A stretch of 62,921 nt of DNA, counting the filler, from Sphacelaria rigidula (taxonomy: Eukaryota): NCBI GenBank assembly GCA_964200075.2. It is 10 parts of 10 records of this genome, joined end to end, with 100 filler letters (N's around TTAATTAATTAA, not from the genome) between each part and the next. Parts side by side here need not be neighbours in the genome. Positions count along the whole stretch, not along the records: positions 56,721 to 62,921 come from CAXNAA020021547.1; 9 more parts are not named here. One strand, written 5' to 3'. The notes under the pieces are model-generated. The model had not been told where the DNA came from. It made no database searches and saw only the letters and a list, made by a program, of their open reading frames with translations. Below, piece by piece: positions 60,750 through 62,921 of this stretch; the first letter of the stretch is position 1, and each line of letters opens with the position of its first letter. Made by a program: the position numbers and the translations under genes.

Positions 60750-61777
60750 CCCTTTTGGGACCGGGCCTTCAGAACGACTTATGAGGCAGCTTAGGAATGA
60801 CGTGTCCGGCGTCTGCACGAAACAGTGGCGTGTTGCTGAAAATCCGCGTATGTAACCGCGGGGTTATGACCAATACCGATAGTTTCATCAAATATATTTT
60901 CTGGTGCAGGGTGCGCTTCAGGTAATGTACATCTGATGTAACAAGCAGTATGGGTCGCGGTAGAGAGCTTCCAACAGGATGCGGCGACCGGCGGGCCGCC
61001 CGCCACTCGTGGCTTTGGATGATATTATTGTCCGCATCACCCCGCCATACACCCCCTTGTGGTCGGGGTGGGCCGCTATTTCCCTCTTTGTTGCATGCTG
61101 CAATCTATCTTCGAAGGGTATCGGCGTTGCGGCGCGCATACACACAGTATAGTACAGTACAGTGCAGTACGCCTCTCCGACGACAGCAGCAGCTGTCGCT
61201 GCATACTCCCTTGCACGTTCTGAGCACTTCTCAGCTACCGAGATCAACTGCGTATATACCGCTTCTTCATCCCTGCCCACTACGTACATGTTAACTGCAC
61301 ACTGCAAGTCATCGGCAGAAGCAGAATTCATGACGGTAGCTCATTTTCTCTTTCCATCGCCCAACTGGGTTTAGTGCCTCGTGAAAATGACCACATTTTA
61401 AGATGTAGACTCCTTCCCGGTCTTTTCCACTCCACCCTATGTTAGTGTAATTACCACGTTTTAGTATAGAATTGCGACCCGAAAAAAGCCCCGGAAAACT
61501 CGGGAACGGAATACTGAATGCAAGCAATACCATACAACCAAGCTGCGACCACCCTGCATTTGTAAACCCGGGAAAGCTACTCTGGGCCAGGGATAGGCCC
61601 CCCGCACGATATTTGCAGTGGTATCACACTCGACAACAATCCCCGTGCTGGTCGTTCGGGTCTGGTCGATAAACTTTGCCTCGCCGTGATTGGGCAGCTC
61701 GTTCCCTGAGTTATTTTTCCATGACTTCACCAACACAGGGTCAACCCTGTGTTAGTTGGGGGTCGGTCCCGAAAGGG
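60750..61777. mobile_element. piggyBac-like non-autonomous element (~1 kb) with decayed internal coding sequence
   Basis: TIRs CCCTTTTGGGACCG and CGGTCCCGAAAGGG; flanks TCAA and TGAA are each one change from TTAA. Confidence 0.6.
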
Positions 61778-62169
61778 TGAACAAGCGTGAACTAACTTGT
61801 AGATGGAAGTTGTGGTGGTTGTTTTTTGCAATTTTGTCCAAGGTTGCCACACGGGATGGTTTTGGTTAGGGGTCGTCTCCACTCACGATCATATTAAAAA
61901 AAAACACCGAGCCAACACATAGCAGCTTGCCGGCGTTTCCAACAAGTGTGTTTAGCACGTGTTCGAGGGGTAACGTGTATTGTACGCACGAATTGAGAGG
62001 GGAGAGTTGGGAGGCAGAAATGCGAAGTGATATATTCGGCCCTCCGAGGAGTACTCATGATCTGGCATGCCATAGTCACAGGACCATTGACCTCGCATCC
62101 CTACAAAGCCAGGACGGAGCACGCGGGGGGGGGGGCGAGTACGTAGGTGTGCGGGGGAAAAAATCGTGC

Positions 62170-62300
62170 ACCCTTGGTCAGTTCTAGCGTAATGTATCGA
62201 CTGTGGGTTTGACTCCCGGCATATACGATTCTCCTTAACGGAATCTAGTCTCCGCGCTTGAAATGTGAGAACGTGAGCATAGAAAAATATGTACCGTGGA
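62170..62300 (+). mobile_element. Degenerate tRNA-derived SINE
   Basis: B-box-like GGTTTGACTCCCGGC and CGTTGAAA.GTGAG-type body shared with 6440-6560(-). Confidence 0.55.
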
Positions 62301-62724
62301 ACGCTGATGTCGGACAGGTACATACCGCGGAAGAGATGGGTTGTATGTTATTATATCCCTTGATGTTGTGGACTCATCCCAAGGAAGTAGAGGGGGTGTT
62401 ATGCAACGTGCGATGGGAAAAAAATTAGCAACACTGCGGGACACTCCTTACACCCCTTTCGGTGGTCGAACTGCTGTGCAAATCTAGCTTGAGCTGCATT
62501 TTTTAGGCTCGAAATCCAAGACAGAGCGGAATCTTTGTTCGTGACAGGAAACGACAAAAACCTCAAACGTTGACGAAGGAAAGTCGACGAGGTACGATTG
62601 CGAGAGTGGTCATCATCCAATGCTCAACAATAAAGTGAAAGGCAAGCACACACCGGGTGGATATATCGACCGTTTGATCCCGTGACACTGCCTGTGAACT
62701 CTTCCTTAGGAGATGACAGGGTGT

Positions 62725-62921
62725 GGGGGGGGTGTACTCATGATCATGCATGCCATAGTCATGAGACCATTGACCTCGCATCCCTACAAAGCCGGGCACG
62801 CCGGGTTTTCGCCGGACCAGGCTCGCACTCAAATCACCAAGCGCGAAGCGCCGTGGTGTGTTCGGCGAGTTGAATGAAGGGTGAGCTGCATCCTGCTAAG
62901 ATTGTTCGGCTCGAAGCCTAC
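62725..62921 (-). mobile_element. Well-preserved family B retroelement 3' portion with oligo-C tail
   Basis: Reverse complement of the family B consensus ending GGCATGCATGATCATGAGTACACCCCCCC; cut by the window end. Confidence 0.9.

Noticed and set aside
60918..61331. ORF-track entry labelled + strand
   Set aside because: The peptide MNSASADD... is encoded on the minus strand (CAT at 61329-61331), so the strand label is wrong. The ORF also appears to run through an intron-like tract inside a TIR element, so it is not called as a gene.

Overview
Eukaryotic nuclear DNA, not one locus: ten unrelated contigs of 6,201-6,203 bp, in descending length order, joined by 100-bp N44-TTAATTAATTAA-N44 linkers. 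The contigs are 1-6203, 6304-12506, 12607-18808, 18909-25110, 25211-31412, 31513-37714, 37815-44016, 44117-50318, 50419-56620 and 56721-62921. Short exons in kb-long repeat-filled introns, a flagellar gene, a GT48 glucan synthase and the repeat families suggest a brown alga (Phaeophyceae); this is inference. Host gene fragments rebuilt from splice sites and phases: DRC2/CCDC65, ORC2, a 1,3-beta-glucan synthase, a UBR-type N-recognin E3 ligase, a TPR-like plus GT4-like glycosyltransferase and one unidentified gene. Also present: an atypical initiator-like tRNA-Met, two degenerate Ty3/Gypsy elements of one family (one with a chromodomain-like integrase), two degenerate Ty1/Copia elements, and many LINE tails, tRNA-derived SINEs and MITEs. 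Best leads: a ~400-nt G:U-biased intronic hairpin (candidate miRNA precursor), a possible decayed C5 DNA-methyltransferase in an intron, a LINE and non-coding partner sharing a 3' end and oligo-C tail, and a pair of loopless palindromes. No CRISPR or prokaryotic system is supported. All protein family calls come from motif recognition, not database searches.
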